Source: Ylistrum balloti (taxonomy: Eukaryota). Taken from it: a stretch of DNA of 64,000 bases. The DNA is taken from positions 62,001 through 126,000 of the forward strand of contig NW_026782655.1 in assembly GCF_031769215.1 (NCBI RefSeq), read 5' to 3'. This document shows positions 14,679 to 28,155 of the stretch, piece after piece. The notes below the pieces were generated by a model, which had not been told where the DNA came from, did no database searches, and worked only from the letters and a program-made list of their open reading frames with translations. Each line of letters begins with the position of its first letter. Within the stretch, counting starts at the first letter, position 1. Made by a program: the position numbers and the translations under genes.

Positions 14679-16703
14679 TTAAAATCTACAACTGTCGCAA
14701 AGCAAACCTTTTATCCTCTCTTTGGCTGTGTTTTGACATCTGTCCAAACTTTGATTACGTAGAGAGTCATTATATTCCCTGAGTGCATTCTCTTTATCAC
14801 CAGCCATTTCATAACAGATCCCTAACAGGATGTGGACTGCCCAGCGTTCACCGCCTCCCTGGTACTCGTCGTACTTCACGATTCGAAGGTTTGTCAACGC
14901 TGCATCACGTCTCCTGGTGTCGCCGAGTTCATGATAACACAAAAACGACAGGAACGCGGCGTAAGGAAGCGGAGGGAGCCGAGTGTATTCAGCATATTTT
15001 ACGACTTCCGGGTGTAGCTGACAGGGAAAAAACTGTAACGCTTTTGTGAAAAGAATGATATCGAATACAACACCTTCCCTTAATTTCTGTTGTAGAGTGT
15101 ACCCATGTCCACAATAAAGCGATTCATATTTGTCTCCAGACTTTTCATTCATCGGGAAATAAACTTTCCTTGACGATATTAAGTCTCCGCTTATTTCTAA
15201 TGCTTTGACATAATTTCCAGTCTGGTAGTGATATGTTGCCAGTGTCAGTAGCCCTGGACTTGCACATATTGAAGCCAGTGGTTTAAGAAGATTCTTGGAT
15301 TTCCTGAGAGATTTGTATTTCTCTTTGTTTCCACTTATAACTGCGTGCTCACCAAATGTCTTCATTCCTATATAACAAATCCTTTTAGCTCCCATGACAC
15401 TACGTATGAATTCATCATCGTCTGACTTTGATGTAGATAGGAGTATTTGTAATGCTAGGGTTTCATTTTTGCAAGTGTTCCATGCCATTCCACCGAACTT
15501 CTGCCTATCCAAATCCTTTTCTAACTGTGTTGGTAGAGGTAGTACGAAATCAACTACCCCATTCTCTACGAGGTCAATATGTTCACCTATAGACGGCTGT
15601 ATCAATGCACCAACTGATAAACATCCCCATGCCATTTCACGAAGGCCCAAAAGAAAATGGAGTAGTCTTGTTTGATTTTCTCTATTAACTTTACCAAGGA
15701 ACATGTTGTTATTGTTTACGAAGTAATTAGGACAGTATCCCGCCATCACCCATGATATCAACGTGTTTAAACAAAGCATAAAACAGACAAAAATATGTTT
15801 TTCTTGCCATAATGATTCTGATGTGTTTTCTACTGTATATAATATTACAGTTTTCATAATATAGGATGTCAGGATATCTGTATCTCCTTGTAATTGTTTC
15901 AATTCTCCTGATATCTGTTTGAGAAAGTACTTGAGAAGTCCGTACACTAAAAATTGGACATGACTGAGGGAATGAATGAGCTGCCTCTCCGCAGTAACAA
16001 ATGAAATCCTCCATTGTAAGAATGGGTCATCAGACGTTTTATCTCCTACAGGGACAAGATGACAGCCACCTCGTACTATCTGGTCCATCAAAGTTTTATC
16101 AGGCCAGTTATGAAAGCGAGGCCTAGTTATCCACTCTTTAGCTTCTTTGGGCCAAGTGTAACACGGGAAAGAATACACAAAATCAAGATCTGAACTTCCA
16201 TCAAATTGTTCATGCTTTAGTGTTGCCGCTGGACCATTAGTGTCCATTTGAAATTTCATAGTTCCACTGTAACTTCCGTTGATGTAGTTATTAAATATTT
16301 CACTTGATATAAAATACTCACCATTGACTGAAACAATGGAATCTGCAATAAGAGTATCTTTTATTTGTCCGAACTTAGCTAATTTCAAATTCACATAACC
16401 AGGTCTGCTATCAGCATCTCTCATCACAAAAATTGTTTGATTTTCATTGTATGATGGATTGCTAACGTCATGATCCTGACAGCAGACGACGATATGTTTT
16501 AGAATAAGCATTAGGTCTATGTCCGAGCCCGGCATGTTCTTACCTCCCTCCGCCGAACTTCCGATTGATAAACAGTCGAAATCATACCCCCTCCAATCCA
16601 TCATATTCTGTTTTAAGACTATCTCCTCCCGTCTCCCTATCATCCTTTCCAGGACATGATAGAGAATCCAAGACTTATCATATAGTTCTACTGGTTCGGC
16701 CAT
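14679..16703 (-). CDS. cGAS-like receptor (cGLR / Mab-21 family nucleotidyltransferase) with C-terminal TPR-like helical region, paralogue 1, 674 aa, single coding exon
   Basis: Intact ORF with GSSAEG followed by SDIDLM (DxD) and a third acid in DLDFV. Mab-21 C-lobe motifs WRISFVTAE, LKYFLK, SYIMKT, CPNYF. TPR-like segments ATYHYQTGNYVKAL and LLGICYEMAGDKENALREY. Splice acceptor TTTGTAG at 16725-16731. Confidence 0.92.
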   Translation of the reverse strand: MAEPVELYDKSWILYHVLERMIGRREEIVLKQNMMDWRGYDFDCLSIGSSAEGGKNMPGSDIDLMLILKHIVVCCQDHDVSNPSYNENQTIFVMRDADSRPGYVNLKLAKFGQIKDTLIADSIVSVNGEYFISSEIFNNYINGSYSGTMKFQMDTNGPAATLKHEQFDGSSDLDFVYSFPCYTWPKEAKEWITRPRFHNWPDKTLMDQIVRGGCHLVPVGDKTSDDPFLQWRISFVTAERQLIHSLSHVQFLVYGLLKYFLKQISGELKQLQGDTDILTSYIMKTVILYTVENTSESLWQEKHIFVCFMLCLNTLISWVMAGYCPNYFVNNNNMFLGKVNRENQTRLLHFLLGLREMAWGCLSVGALIQPSIGEHIDLVENGVVDFVLPLPTQLEKDLDRQKFGGMAWNTCKNETLALQILLSTSKSDDDEFIRSVMGAKRICYIGMKTFGEHAVISGNKEKYKSLRKSKNLLKPLASICASPGLLTLATYHYQTGNYVKALEISGDLISSRKVYFPMNEKSGDKYESLYCGHGYTLQQKLREGVVFDIILFTKALQFFPCQLHPEVVKYAEYTRLPPLPYAAFLSFLCYHELGDTRRRDAALTNLRIVKYDEYQGGGERWAVHILLGICYEMAGDKENALREYNDSLRNQSLDRCQNTAKERIKGLLCDSCRF

Positions 16704-17362
16704 ATTAGTACCGGGTCGGACGTCCTACAAATATGGAAAAATGTTATGGTCACTTTTCACTAACAATAAAATATATAGGATGTAAGGAAACACAACACTG
16801 ATTCTTACAGGAAAAAATTAAGAAAAAAAAGCACCACAGTATTTAGACGTTTGAATTTCGATATCATATACGAACTCAAAAGCACATCATATCAAATCTG
16901 GTGGTGTTTATAACTAGACATACCGGAGGTCGCATACACAGTGATACTGAACATATAGGGAACTTAGGCAACAGAAACACGGGTAAATACTTATTTTGTC
17001 GCACTGTTGTTCAAATTGACTTAAAAGTACATGTCCAACAGAAACGTTATTGGAGCGGATGTGTGGTGTTGTTTTCTGTCACAGAATACCGTGTAATCTG
17101 CTTTATACCTTCTCAACCAAATATTATCAGTCAATGTCTGCCACGAATAGCAACAACTAACTTTTAATCAGCAAAACGCGATATTCATTAGAAGTTTTGC
17201 TTTCTACATGCATAAGATATCTGGGTTTCTGTACTCACCGTTATCTCCCGAAGCCCAATTCTTCGGACCGATTTGCTTATCATACCAAATTACATTCTCA
17301 TTATACCATACATATTGGAACCCTTGAGCATTGTAGTGCAGCCAAACAAGTTTGTTTTACTA

Positions 17363-18887
17363 TACTAAAAAGATAAAGAGACGCAGGGTGAACTTTAAAC
17401 CAGAAATTAAGTAAGATATCGGGCTTCATTTAAAACGAAATTTTGTATACTTACAGATAAATTAAAGCTAAAGGATTTCCAAAGTCTGTATTTTGCATCT
17501 GACAATTGGTTTAGAGGTACTAACGATCAAATTGAATGGACCCATAGGATTTTGAAATTGAAATGAGTCATCAATATCTTGTGTGTCCGCCGTTTGCTGT
17601 GGTCACGGCCCTTATTCTTCTGGTCATAGAGTTCATATGAGTGTTAATCCGTCTTATGGGGATGTTGTCCCACTCTTCAATCAGAGCTCTGGTCAACTGC
17701 TCTCGAGTAGCAGGGGGTGGCTGGCGCTTTCGAACCTGTCTATCCAATTGGTCCCAAAGATGCTCGGTCGGGGACAAATCAGGGCTATATGGCGGCCAAT
17801 CTAGTGGTTGAATGTTGCTGTTGGCCAGAAAGACTTGGCAAATCCTTGCTACGTGGGGCCTAGCATTATCCTGCTGGAGGGTTAGATTATGCTGCTGTAA
17901 GAAAGGGATAACATGGGGTCGGAGGATCTCATCTCTATACTTAGCTGCTGTTAAATTGCCATCAATAACAACCAATTGTGATTTTAACCCGTTTGAGAAT
18001 TCTCCCCGCACCATTACTGAACCGCCCCCAAACCTATCCCTCTCTACAACGCAAGCGTCCGTAAAACGTTCGCCACGACGTCGGTAGACACGTTGACGGC
18101 CGTCAGATCAATAAAGACAGAATCGAGACTCGTCCGTGAAGAAAACTTGTCAACACTGCCTCACTGGAAACCGTCGTGGAGCATGTGCAGCGACCCAGGC
18201 CATATGACGCTGACGTCGAGCAGAGGTAAGGTGTGGACCTACGTAGGGGCGACGTGCTCTTACACCAACTTCTCGTAATCGATTCCTTACAGTTTTTGAA
18301 CTTATAGGACGCCCATGATTTCCACGAACATTTAGTGCACTCTCAACGGCAGTAAGGCGCCGATTACGCACATGAGAGACGACGATATAGCGATCCTGAC
18401 GTCGTGACGTTACGCGCGGACGTCCTGACCTAGGTCGATCGGCCAATCGCCCAGTTTCCCGAAGACGTTTTACAAGACGTTCTATGGTGGAAATATTAAC
18501 ACCAAAGTGCCTAGCAACCTGATTTTGCAGCTGTCCTTGCATCAGCATCTGAATGGCCTGACCCATCTGAACTCCTGTGAGTCGTGCCATTCTTAAAACG
18601 AATCAAATTCCCAATTAATTTTAGGGAAGCAGTTGGTCTGTATAAAGACTAACGAAGAGTGACTTGACCAACGCTGCATGAGACCAGAACAACACGGTGC
18701 ACGAGATTCTTGTTTTTTCCTTCCTCCATTTACCAGAGCTGCGCACTGCACCGTGACTAAATTTTCGATACATGACAAGGTGTAATATGACCTAATTATC
18801 AAATCCACAAAGTTTCACTTTATTTGGAGAACGCGTTTTCAAAATGTCGGAATAAATATTACCCTGCGTTTCTTTATCCTTTCAGTA
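17363..18887 (-). mobile_element. Tc1/mariner (DD34E) DNA transposon, inactive, with ~27-bp TIRs and TA target-site duplication
   Basis: TIRs TACTAAAAAGATAAAGAGACGCAGGGT (17363-17389) and its imperfect reverse complement (18861-18887), each flanked by TA. Encloses a Tc1 transposase. Confidence 0.92.
17571..18590 (-). pseudogene. Tc1 transposase with two in-frame TGA stops
   Basis: ORFs 18150-18590 and 17571-18014 are in the same frame. Paired-type HTH, GRPR, FTDESRF, QDNARPH-34aa-SPTEHLW. Stops at 18150-18152 and 18108-18110. Confidence 0.93.
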
Positions 18888-19380
18888 TATCTCGTACACT
18901 AAGCACGTTAGTGTTAGTACAGTTTTAGTGTTGAGGATGACCGAGTAGTCATCAAAACGTCACACCTAAATCTTTACTGGAGTTTAAAGCATGGTCTTAT
19001 AAAACGAAGCGATTTCCGAATTTCGGTATATAAACAATTTTGACGATAACTCACCTGTTTTGTGATATAGCGATTCCTGATAGCTAACTACAGTAATGAG
19101 ACTGCACGATCTGGTGATTAAGTTATGATGGAAATATAATAGATGAATGATATTCTAAACAAGACAATATGTCAAAAGATAATATTGATAATACATACTG
19201 TATGTTATGTCAACAAAATACAAACAAATCATATCTAATTATTCAATGTACCTAAACATCATAATTCACGATTTCTGATATACATCTTTTATAAAGAGTA
19301 TGGTAACAGAGTGTATACGTCTCCAGGATGAAGAGAATCTGGGTTAGACAGTTATTACTTACAATTTACAGATATTAGAT

Positions 19381-20720
19381 ACGCCACGTACAACCCGAAC
19401 TACCACAGACAATGCGAACTACCACGTACAATCTGTACCGTCAAGGACAACCCGAACCACCACGGACAACCCAAACCACCATGTACAACCCGAACCGCCA
19501 CGCCACGAACACCTCGAACCACCACGGACAACCCAAACCACCATGTACAACCCGAACCGCCACGCCACGAACACCTCGAACCACCACGTACAACCCAAAT
19601 CACCACACCACGTACAACCCGAACTAACTCGGACAATGCGATCTATCACGTACAACCTGAACCGTCACGGACAACCCGAACCGTCACGGACAACCCGAAC
19701 CACCACGGATAACTTGAACATCTACGGACACCTTTAATCTCCTTGAAACAACCCAAACCACCACACCACTTACAACTCAAACCAACATGTACAACCCGAA
19801 CCGCCACGCCACCAACACCTCGAACCACCACGTACAACCCAAATCACCACACCACGTATAACCCAAACCACAACGTATAACCCGAACCACCACGTACAAC
19901 CCGAACCGCCACACCACGGACAACACGAATCAGCACGGACAACCCGAACCACTACATACAACCCGAACGCCTTGGACGACCCGAATCACCACGTACAACC
20001 TTAACCGCCATGTACAACCCGAACCGCCTTGGACGACCTTAACCGCCATGTACAACCCTAACCGCCACTGACGACCCGAATTACCACGTACAACCAAAAC
20101 CACCATGTACAACCCGAACCGCCACTGACGACCCGAATTACCACGGACAACCAAAACCACCATGTACAACCCGAACCGCCACGTACAACCCAAACCACCA
20201 CATCACGTACAACACGAACCACCACATACAAACCGAACCGCCACGTACAACTCGAACCACTACGTACAACCCGAACAGCCACACCACGTACAACCCGAAC
20301 TACCACGGACAACTCTAACCGCCACGGACGACCCGAATCACCACGGACAACCCAAACCAACACACCAATTACAACCCGAACCACCATATACAACCCAAAC
20401 CACCATGTACAACCCAAATCGCCATGCCACGAACACCTCGAACCACCACGTACAACACAAACCACCACACTACATACAACCCGAACAACCACGAACAACC
20501 CGAACTACCACGGACAACCCTAACCGCCAGGGACGACCCGAATCACCACGTACAACCTTAACCGCCATGTACAACCCTAACCGCCACGGACGACAAGAAT
20601 TACCACGGACAACCAAAAAACACCATGTACAACCCGAACAGCCACGCCACGAACACCTCGATCCACAACGTACAACCCAAACCGCCACGTACAACTCGAA
20701 CCACCACGTACAACCAGAAC
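19381..20720. repeat. ACC/AAC-rich tandem array (~18-21 bp subunits, ACCACCACGTACAACCCGA), copy 1
   Basis: Read directly; duplicated at 24749-26088. Confidence 0.92.
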
Positions 20721-20842
20721 CATCTTTTATAAAACATATGGTAAGAGAGTGTATACATCTCCAGGATGACGAGAATCTGGGTTAGACAGTTATTACGTAC
20801 AATTTACAGAAAACAGATATTAGATACAGTTACAATTCTTAC

Positions 20843-20904
20843 CAGTATTGTGTCAACTAGATCTGTGACTTGATATTAAATATCACGTAATGTCAGAACA
20901 CATC
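20843..20904 (-). other. Candidate 62-nt non-coding (5'UTR) exon of cGLR paralogue 1; duplicate at 26211-26272
   Basis: Minus strand: pyrimidine tract CTATCTCCATTTCCCAG | exon | GTAAGA donor. Stops in all three frames. Lies between the conserved promoter module and the coding exon. No transcript evidence. Confidence 0.45.
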
Positions 20905-21193
20905 CTGGGAAATGGAGATAGTGGTGTCGTATGATGGTCTTCCCTGACTGTGGATGTTGTCTGAATGTGAGTTATACCTCAGTTTAGCGGACTTCAGACT
21001 TCTGACGGTTAAAAGTAAATAAAGTCAGCATCGAGTTCACAAAGAATCATCTGTCCTGTGTGTTACAGGTATATGGATTTGTTGGCTGTAGGAGATAGAC
21101 AGGGTATCCCAATTATAAAAGTATCCATGTCCTGTCTCCGTAAAAACTGACTTAACCGTCTTAACAACTGTGTTATTTATAGTCATGTTGTTA

Positions 21194-21328
21194 TGTTGGG
21201 TCTGTTGTCACCTGGTTGCTATATGCGCAATCAGGTTTTTAGAACCGCAGTATTTATAGGAACAGTATGTGAATCATACTTTCATTTTGTATATACTTTG
21301 TATACAGGTAATATAACAGGGATTTTCA
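21194..21328 (-). promoter_or_regulatory. Putative cGLR1 core promoter: kB-like GGGATTTTCA (21319-21328), IRF-like AAAATGAAAGTA (21277-21288), TATA box TATAAATA (21251-21258), CAGGTG near predicted TSS
   Basis: Non-coding block alignable with 37267-37402 upstream of paralogue 2, with motifs in the same order and spacing. Confidence 0.6.
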
Positions 21329-21534
21329 TGTCACTGTGAATTTCAAATTGAGAGTAATTATGCATATGTATTTTCTTTACAATTGCTCCCTGATATACGG
21401 GATTACAAGGCAAGGGGAACTAAAACAGGGCCGCTGTATGTTAAAGACATGATATAAAATTGATAGTGATCCATAGGGGACATGAGCAGTGGACTTGCTG
21501 AAAGCTAGTAAGAAATTATTGCACTATGAATCTC

Positions 21535-22890
21535 CATGGACAACCCAAACCACCATGGACAACCCAAACCACCATGGACAACCAAACCACCATGAAAAAC
21601 CAAACCACCATGTACAACCCAAACCACCACGTACAACCCGAACCACCTTGTACAACCCGAACTATCGAGGAAAATGCGAACTACCACGTACAACCTAAAC
21701 CACCATGTACAGCCCGAACTATCGAGGAAAACGCGAACTACCACGTACAACCTAAACCGCCACGGACAACCCAAACCACCACGTACAACCCAAACCACCA
21801 CGTACAACCCGAACCACCATGTACAACCCGAACTATCGAGGAAAATGCGAACTACCACGTACAACCTAAACCACTACGTACAACCCGAACTATCGAGGAA
21901 AACACGAACTACCACGTACAACCTAAACCGCTACGGACAATCCAAACCACCACGTACAACCCAAACCACCATGTACAACACGAACTATCGAGGAAAATGC
22001 GAACTACCACGTACAACCTAAACCACCACGTACAACCCGAACTATCGAGGAAAACGCGAACTACCACGTACAACCTAAACCGCCACGGACAACCAAAACC
22101 ACCACGTACAACCCGAACTATCGAGGAAAATGCGAACTACCACGTACAACCTAAACCACCACGTACAACCCGAACTATCGAGGAAAACGCGAACTACCAC
22201 GTACAACCTAAACCGCCACGGACAACCCAAACCACCACGTACAACCCGAACTATCGAGGAAAACGCGAACTACCACGTACAACCTAAACCGCCACGGACA
22301 ACCCAAACCACCACGTACAACCCAAACCACCACGTACAACCCGAACCACCATGTACAACCCGAACTATCGAGGAAAATGCGAACTACCACGTACAACCTA
22401 AACCACTACGTACAACCCGAACTATCGAGGAAAACACGAACTACCACGTACAACCTAAACCGCCACGGACAACCCAAACCACCACGTACAACCCGAACTA
22501 TCGAGGAAAACGCGAACTACCACGTACAACCTAAACCGCCACGGACAACCCAAACCACCACGAACAACCCGAACTCCACGTACAACCCGAACCACCAAGG
22601 ACATCCAGAACCACCACACAATGTGCAACTCGAACCGCCACGGACTAGCCGAACAACCACACCACAGACAACCCGAACCACCACGGACAACCCGAACCAC
22701 CACGGACAACCAGAATATCACGGACAACCAAACCACTATGTACAACCCAAACCACCACATCACGTACAACCCGAACCACCAAGGATAACCCGAACCACCA
22801 CATACATCCCGAACCACCTCTGGCAACCCGGACTACCACATACAACCCGAACCACCACGGACAACCCGAACCATCACGTACAACCCTAAC
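21535..22890. repeat. ACC-rich array with 57-bp higher-order unit (ACTATCGAGGAAAATGCGAACTACCACGTACAACCTAAACCACCACGTACAACCCGA), copy 1
   Basis: Read directly; duplicated, about 100 bp shorter, at 26903-28155. Confidence 0.9.
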
Positions 22891-23655
22891 CACGACGAAC
22901 AACTCAACACTGCATGCAAGACGAAAATTCTGTACCATTTGATGAATGTTCAGTTTACATTTCAAACTGTTTTCTTTCACTTATATACACCACGGACAAC
23001 TCGACCCACCACGGACAACATGACGCTAGATACAAGAATCTTATGAAGTACATTTGGATGATGGTTCAACTTATATTTTAGACGGCTGTTATTTCATAAG
23101 AGGCATTTTGATGAACATCTAAAAAATACATTTGATAACCTTTTGTTCAAAATTGAAAAGTATACGTATTTTGAATAGTTCAATAATCTGAATGTGTTAT
23201 CACCTATGAAGTTAGATGCAAAACATATATTATATACAGAGTACATGTCGTTTCGAAACTAAGATAACAAATGAACACAGGTGAGATAAAAAGACTCGGA
23301 ATTTTGAAACTATCCTGTTGCCCAAGTTTTAGTTAATTATGCCAATACGTAGAAAACAATGTTTTCTAATTCAGATTAAGGCAAAGAGCTAAAAAGGCAC
23401 ATATACATTTTTGCATATTTTTTTACTTTTACGTTTATTTAACTACTATTATTTTTATTTCGATTTGACATCAGTTTTGTTTAATACATTTCAACAAAAT
23501 CATTATTGCAGTAAATTTGACATACTCATGTCTGTAGTGCTGGAATGGTGTATAGTATAACCTCGCTCAGCTATATCGTCATAATTTAAAACATTTTCTC
23601 CTTTATATATAAATTCTCGAAAGTTTCTTATTCAAAATTAAATATAATTATTAAA

Positions 23656-24139
23656 TTAAACAAGGTGCCGCAAAGCGTGGCATTATCCCCCGCGCACAGG
23701 TGTTGGTATGGAACCCAAAAAAGCCTTCATTTGAGGTTTTTAACTATATTTTTGCAAAAACTGAAAAAATATAATAAAAAAATGAAATGTTGTTAATAGC
23801 AAAAGGTTCAACTATGGCACTAAGTTAATATGTGCGGAAAGTTTTGTGAAGTTGAGTGGAACAGTTTGGAAGATATAGCCTGGAAAAGCCTTTTTTTGTG
23901 TTATCTGACTATGTTTCCATGGAAACAGAAAAAAATATATAAAGTGAAATGACGGTAATAGCGAAAGACACAAATAGGGCACCCACTTAATATGTGCAGA
24001 AAGTTTTGTGAAGTCGAGTGGAACGGTTTGGAAGTTATAGCCCGGAAAATCCCTCTTTTGGTGTTTTTTTATTATGTTTCCATGGTAACAGAAAAAAATA
24101 TAAAAAGTGAAATGTCGACAATAGCAAAAGGCACAACTA
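23656..24139 (-). mobile_element. Helentron-like non-autonomous element, truncated by the duplication junction
   Basis: Identical to the left part of 28921-29510 but lacks the second sub-terminal repeat. Confidence 0.6.
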
Positions 24140-24254
24140 TGACAAGGTGTAATATGACCTAATTATCAAATCCACAAAGTTTCACTTTATTTGGAGAACG
24201 CGTTTTCAAAATGTCGGAATAAATATTACCCTGCGTTTCTTTATCCTTTCAGTA
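24139..24254 (-). mobile_element. Orphan Tc1 terminus (116 bp including one TIR) created by the duplication
   Basis: Identical to 18772-18887; TIR ends at 24254 followed by TA. Confidence 0.9.
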
Positions 24255-24748
24255 TATCTCGTACACTAAGCACGTTAGTGTTAGTACAGTTTTAGTGTTG
24301 AGGATGACCGAGTAGTCATCAAAACGTCACACCTAAATCTTTACTGGAGTTTAAAGCATGGTCTTATAAAACGAAGCGATTTCCGAATTTCGGTATATAA
24401 ACAATTTTGACGATAACTCACCTGTTTTGTGATATAGCGATTCCTTATAGCTAACTACAGTAATGAGACTGCACGATCTGGTGATTAAGTTATGATGGAA
24501 ATATAATAGATGAATGATATTCTAAACAAGACAATATGTCAAAAGATAATATTGATAATACATACTGTATGTTATGACAACAAAATACAAAAAAAATCAT
24601 ATCTAATTATTCAATGTACCTAAACATCATAATTCACGATTTCTGATATACATCTTTTATAAAGAGTATGGTAACAGAGTGTATACGTCTCCAGGATGAA
24701 GAGAATCTGGGTTAGACAGTTATTACTTACAATTTACAGATATTAGAT

Positions 24749-26088
24749 ACGCCACGTACAACCCGAACTACCACAGACAATGCGAACTACCACGTACAAT
24801 CTGTACCGTCAAGGACAACCCGAACCACCACGGACAACCCAAACCACCATGTACAACCCGAACCGCCACGCCACGAACACCTCGAACCACCACGGACAAC
24901 CCAAACCACCATGTACAACCCGAACCGCCACGCCACGAACACCTCGAACCACCACGTACAACCCAAATCACCACACCACGTACAACCCGAACTAACTCGG
25001 ACAATGCGATCTATCACGTACAACCTGAACCGTCACGGACAACCCGAACCGTCACGGACAACCCGAACCACCACGGATAACTTGAACATCTACGGACACC
25101 TTTAATCTCCTTGAAACAACCCAAACCACCACACCACTTACAACTCAAACCAACATGTACAACCCGAACCGCCACGCCACCAACACCTCGAACCACCACG
25201 TACAACCCAAATCACCACACCACGTATAACCCAAACCACAACGTATAACCCGAACCACCACGTACAACCCGAACCGCCACACCACGGACAACACGAATCA
25301 GCACGGACAACCCGAACCACTACATACAACCCGAACGCCTTGGACGACCCGAATCACCACGTACAACCTTAACCGCCATGTACAACCCGAACCGCCTTGG
25401 ACGACCTTAACCGCCATGTACAACCCTAACCGCCACTGACGACCCGAATTACCACGTACAACCAAAACCACCATGTACAACCCGAACCGCCACTGACGAC
25501 CCGAATTACCACGGACAACCAAAACCACCATGTACAACCCGAACCGCCACGTACAACCCAAACCACCACATCACGTACAACACGAACCACCACATACAAA
25601 CCGAACCGCCACGTACAACTCGAACCACTACGTACAACCCGAACAGCCACACCACGTACAACCCGAACTACCACGGACAACTCTAACCGCCACGGACGAC
25701 CCGAATCACCACGGACAACCCAAACCAACACACCAATTACAACCCGAACCACCATATACAACCCAAACCACCATGTACAACCCAAATCGCCATGCCACGA
25801 ACACCTCGAACCACCACGTACAACACAAACCACCACACTACATACAACCCGAACAACCACGAACAACCCGAACTACCACGGACAACCCTAACCGCCAGGG
25901 ACGACCCGAATCACCACGTACAACCTTAACCGCCATGTACAACCCTAACCGCCACGGACGACAAGAATTACCACGGACAACCAAAAAACACCATGTACAA
26001 CCCGAACAGCCACGCCACGAACACCTCGATCCACAACGTACAACCCAAACCGCCACGTACAACTCGAACCACCACGTACAACCAGAAC
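24749..26088. repeat. ACC/AAC-rich tandem array, copy 2
   Basis: Duplicate of 19381-20720. Confidence 0.92.
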
Positions 26089-26561
26089 CATCTTTTATAA
26101 AACATATGGTAAGAGAGTGTATACATCTCCAGGATGACGAGAATCTGGGTTAGACAGTTATTACGTACAATTTACAGAAAACAGATATTAGATACAGTTA
26201 CAATTCTTACCAGTATTGTGTCAACTAGATCTGTGACTTGATATTAAATATCACGTAATGTCAGAACACATCCTGGGAAATGGAGATAGTGGTGTCGTAT
26301 GATGGTCTTCCCTGACTGTGGATGTTGTCTGAATGTGAGTTATACCTCAGTTTAGCGGACTTCAGACTTCTGACGGTTAAAAGTAAATAAAGTCAGCATC
26401 GAGTTCACAAAGAATCATCTGTCCTGTGTGTTACAGGTATATGGATTTGTTGGCTGTAGGAGATAGACAGGGTATCCCAATTATAAAAGTATCCATGTCC
26501 TGTCTCCGTAAAAACTGACTTAACCGTCTTAACAACTGTGTTATTTATAGTCATGTTGTTA

Positions 26562-26696
26562 TGTTGGGTCTGTTGTCACCTGGTTGCTATATGCGCAATC
26601 AGGTTTTTAGAACCGCAGTATTTATAGGAACAGTATGTGAATCATACTTTCATTTTGTATATACTTTGTATACAGGTAATATAACAGGGATTTTCA
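26562..26696 (-). promoter_or_regulatory. Duplicated copy of the putative cGLR1 promoter module
   Basis: Copy of 21194-21328 at offset 5368; TATA at 26619-26626. Confidence 0.55.
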
Positions 26697-26902
26697 TGTC
26701 ACTGTGAATTTCAAATTGAGAGTAATTATGCATATGTATTTTCTTTACAATTGCTCCCTGATATACGGGATTACAAGGCAAGGGGAACTAAAACAGGGCC
26801 GCTGTATGTTAAAGACATGATATAAAATTGATAGTGATCCATAGGGGACATGAGCAGTGGACTTGCTGAAAGCTAGTAAGAAATTATTGCACTATGAATC
26901 TC

Positions 26903-28155
26903 CATGGACAACCCAAACCACCATGGACAACCCAAACCACCATGGACAACCAAACCACCATGAAAAACCAAACCACCATGTACAACCCAAACCACCACGT
27001 ACAACCCGAACCACCTTGTACAACCCGAACTATCGAGGAAAATGCGAACTACCACGTACAACCTAAACCGCCACGGACAACCCAAACCACCACGTACAAC
27101 CCAAACCACCACGTACAACCCGAACCACCATGTACAACCCGAACTATCGAGGAAAATGCGAACTACCACGTACAACCTAAACCACCACGTACAACCCGAA
27201 CTATCGAGGAAAATGCGAACTACCACGTACAACCTAAACCGCTACGGACAATCCAAACCACCACGTACAACCCAAACCACCATGTACAACACGAACTATC
27301 GAGGAAAATGCGAACTACCACGTACAACCTAAACCACCACGTACAACCCGAACTATCGAGGAAAACGCGAACTACCACGTACAACCTAAACCGCCACGGA
27401 CAACCAAAACCACCACGTACAACCCGAACTATCGAGGAAAATGCGAACTACCACGTACAACCTAAACCACCACGTACAACCCGAACTATCGGAAAACGAA
27501 ACCACGTACAACCTAAACCACGTACAAAACCACGTACAACCCAAACCACCACGTACAACCCGAACCACCATGTACAACCCGAACTATCGAGGAAAATGCG
27601 AACTACCACGTACAACCTAAACCACTACGTACAACCCGAACTATCGAGGAAAACACGAACTACCACGTACAACCTAAACCGCCACGGACAACCCAAACCA
27701 CCACGTACAACCCGAACTATCGAGGAAAACGCGAACTACCACGTACAACCTAAACCGCCACGGACAACCCAAACCACCACGAACAACCCGAACTACCACG
27801 TACAACCTAAACCGCCACGGACAAACCAAACCACCAGGAACTCCATACAACCCAAACCACCAAGGACATCCAGAACCACCACACAATGTGCAACTCGAAC
27901 CGCCACGGACTAGCCGAACAACCACACCACAGACAACCCGAACCACCACGGACAACCCGAACCACCACGGACAACCAGAATATCACGGACAACCAAACCA
28001 CTATGTACAACCCAAACCACCACATCACGTACAACCCGAACCACCAAGGATAACCCGAACCACCACATACATCCCGAACCACCTCTGGCAACCCGGACTA
28101 CCACATACAACCCGAACCACCACGGACAACCCGAACCATCACGTACAACCCTAAC
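26903..28155. repeat. ACC-rich 57-bp higher-order array, copy 2
   Basis: Duplicate of 21535-22890 with different unit order and number. Confidence 0.9.

Noticed and set aside
17160-17360. Strong minus-strand donor GTGAGT at 17233-17238 as a cGLR1 exon end
   Set aside because: No convincing acceptor and no counterpart near paralogue 2; may belong to an unclassified repeat into which the Tc1 inserted.
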